From positions 160,001 through 224,000 of the IMG/VR virus record IMGVR_UViG_3300037851_000141: DNA of 64,000 nt, one strand, 5' to 3'. The stretch's first letter is position 1, and every line of letters begins with the position of its first letter. The position numbers and the translations under genes are program-made. The notes below the pieces were generated by a model. The model was not told where the DNA came from, ran no database searches, and saw only the letters and a list, made by a program, of their open reading frames with translations. Below are positions 63,591-64,000 of the stretch, one piece after another. Source of the DNA: a virus (taxonomy: Duplodnaviria; Caudoviricetes).

Positions 63591-64000
63591 TTATCTTTCG
63601 AGTTCTACTAAGTATTTGATAGAAACTTGTTCAACAGTTGGGAAGATAAATTCGTTGTTGTATAAGCCCTTACCTTCCTTGGCGAAAACCGAATCAAATC
63701 CTTTTTCGCGGCATTTATCTGCTTCATATCCACTACCCCAATATACTTCTTGTTGTTTGCCTGCTTTTACATTACATACAAGCAAGAAACAGTTATCAGT
63801 ATGAATCATGTTTGGGAACGGATACAAAGAGTAGTTGAGAGATTTTGTTGAGTTTGATGCCGCGTAAATACCAAACCCAAACGCCAAACCAGACCGGGGA
63901 GCTTCTTTAGGTGCGATTAATAGTCCACGCTTAAAAATGCCCAAAAAATTACTGTTTCTACTGCCATGAAATAGTTCAAGTTCATTTTTGATTGAACATG
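63591..64000 (-). CDS. PARP-like ADP-ribosyltransferase catalytic domain (runs off right edge)
   Basis: Frame continues upstream of ORF-track start: LFHGSRNSNFLGIFKRGLLIAPKEAP..FGFGIYAA..KSLNY..YNNEFIF (H-Y-E triad). Confidence 0.85.
   Translation of the reverse strand, partial: CSIKNELELFHGSRNSNFLGIFKRGLLIAPKEAPRSGLAFGFGIYAASNSTKSLNYSLYPFPNMIHTDNCFLLVCNVKAGKQQEVYWGSGYEADKCREKGFDSVFAKEGKGLYNNEFIFPTVEQVSIKYLVELER

Noticed and set aside
1-64000. Stop-codon reassignment (code 15 or 4), common in huge phages
   Set aside because: Known proteins are full length under code 11, coding density is high, all three stops terminate genes, and no intact suppressor tRNA is seen.

Overview
AT-rich ~64 kb segment of a large (jumbo/huge) T4-supergroup-like bacteriophage genome, read in the standard genetic code. 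Evidence for this: sigma70-type TTGAC-N15/16-TATAAT promoters, many T4-type late promoters (TATAAATA), Shine-Dalgarno sites, a PAAR gene and ~24 tRNA genes. The window is rich in tRNA, RNA-repair and translation functions: Ro60/TROVE, CCA-adding enzyme, Thg1, two 2H phosphoesterases, a split RlmN-like radical SAM enzyme, IF3, peptide deformylase and YggL. It also carries nucleotide metabolism genes (two thymidylate synthases, DHFR, dCMP deaminase, GMP reductase, PRTase), a PARP-like toxin/enzyme and a macrodomain, RecQ, two RHH+TnpB cassettes and several homing-endonuclease-like genes. Main discoveries read by eye: (1) three tRNA genes (best reconstructed as Gln-TTG, Thr-TGT, Gly-TCC, none of which has an intact copy in the window) carry a miniature tRNA-like element inserted in the anticodon loop, suggesting a new kind of tRNA intron; (2) a family of four Y-RNA-like RNAs sharing a GAATGC/TACAT/TTTTGTC scaffold, one being a circularly permuted tRNA mimic (YrlA-type), alongside a phage Ro60; (3) two tandem 147-nt closed-stem ncRNAs; (4) a textbook -1 frameshift signal extending a virion protein; (5) T4-like capsid-targeting leaders on the CCA enzyme and an Acb1-like 2H enzyme. 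All structures were derived manually; no searches or folding programs were run.
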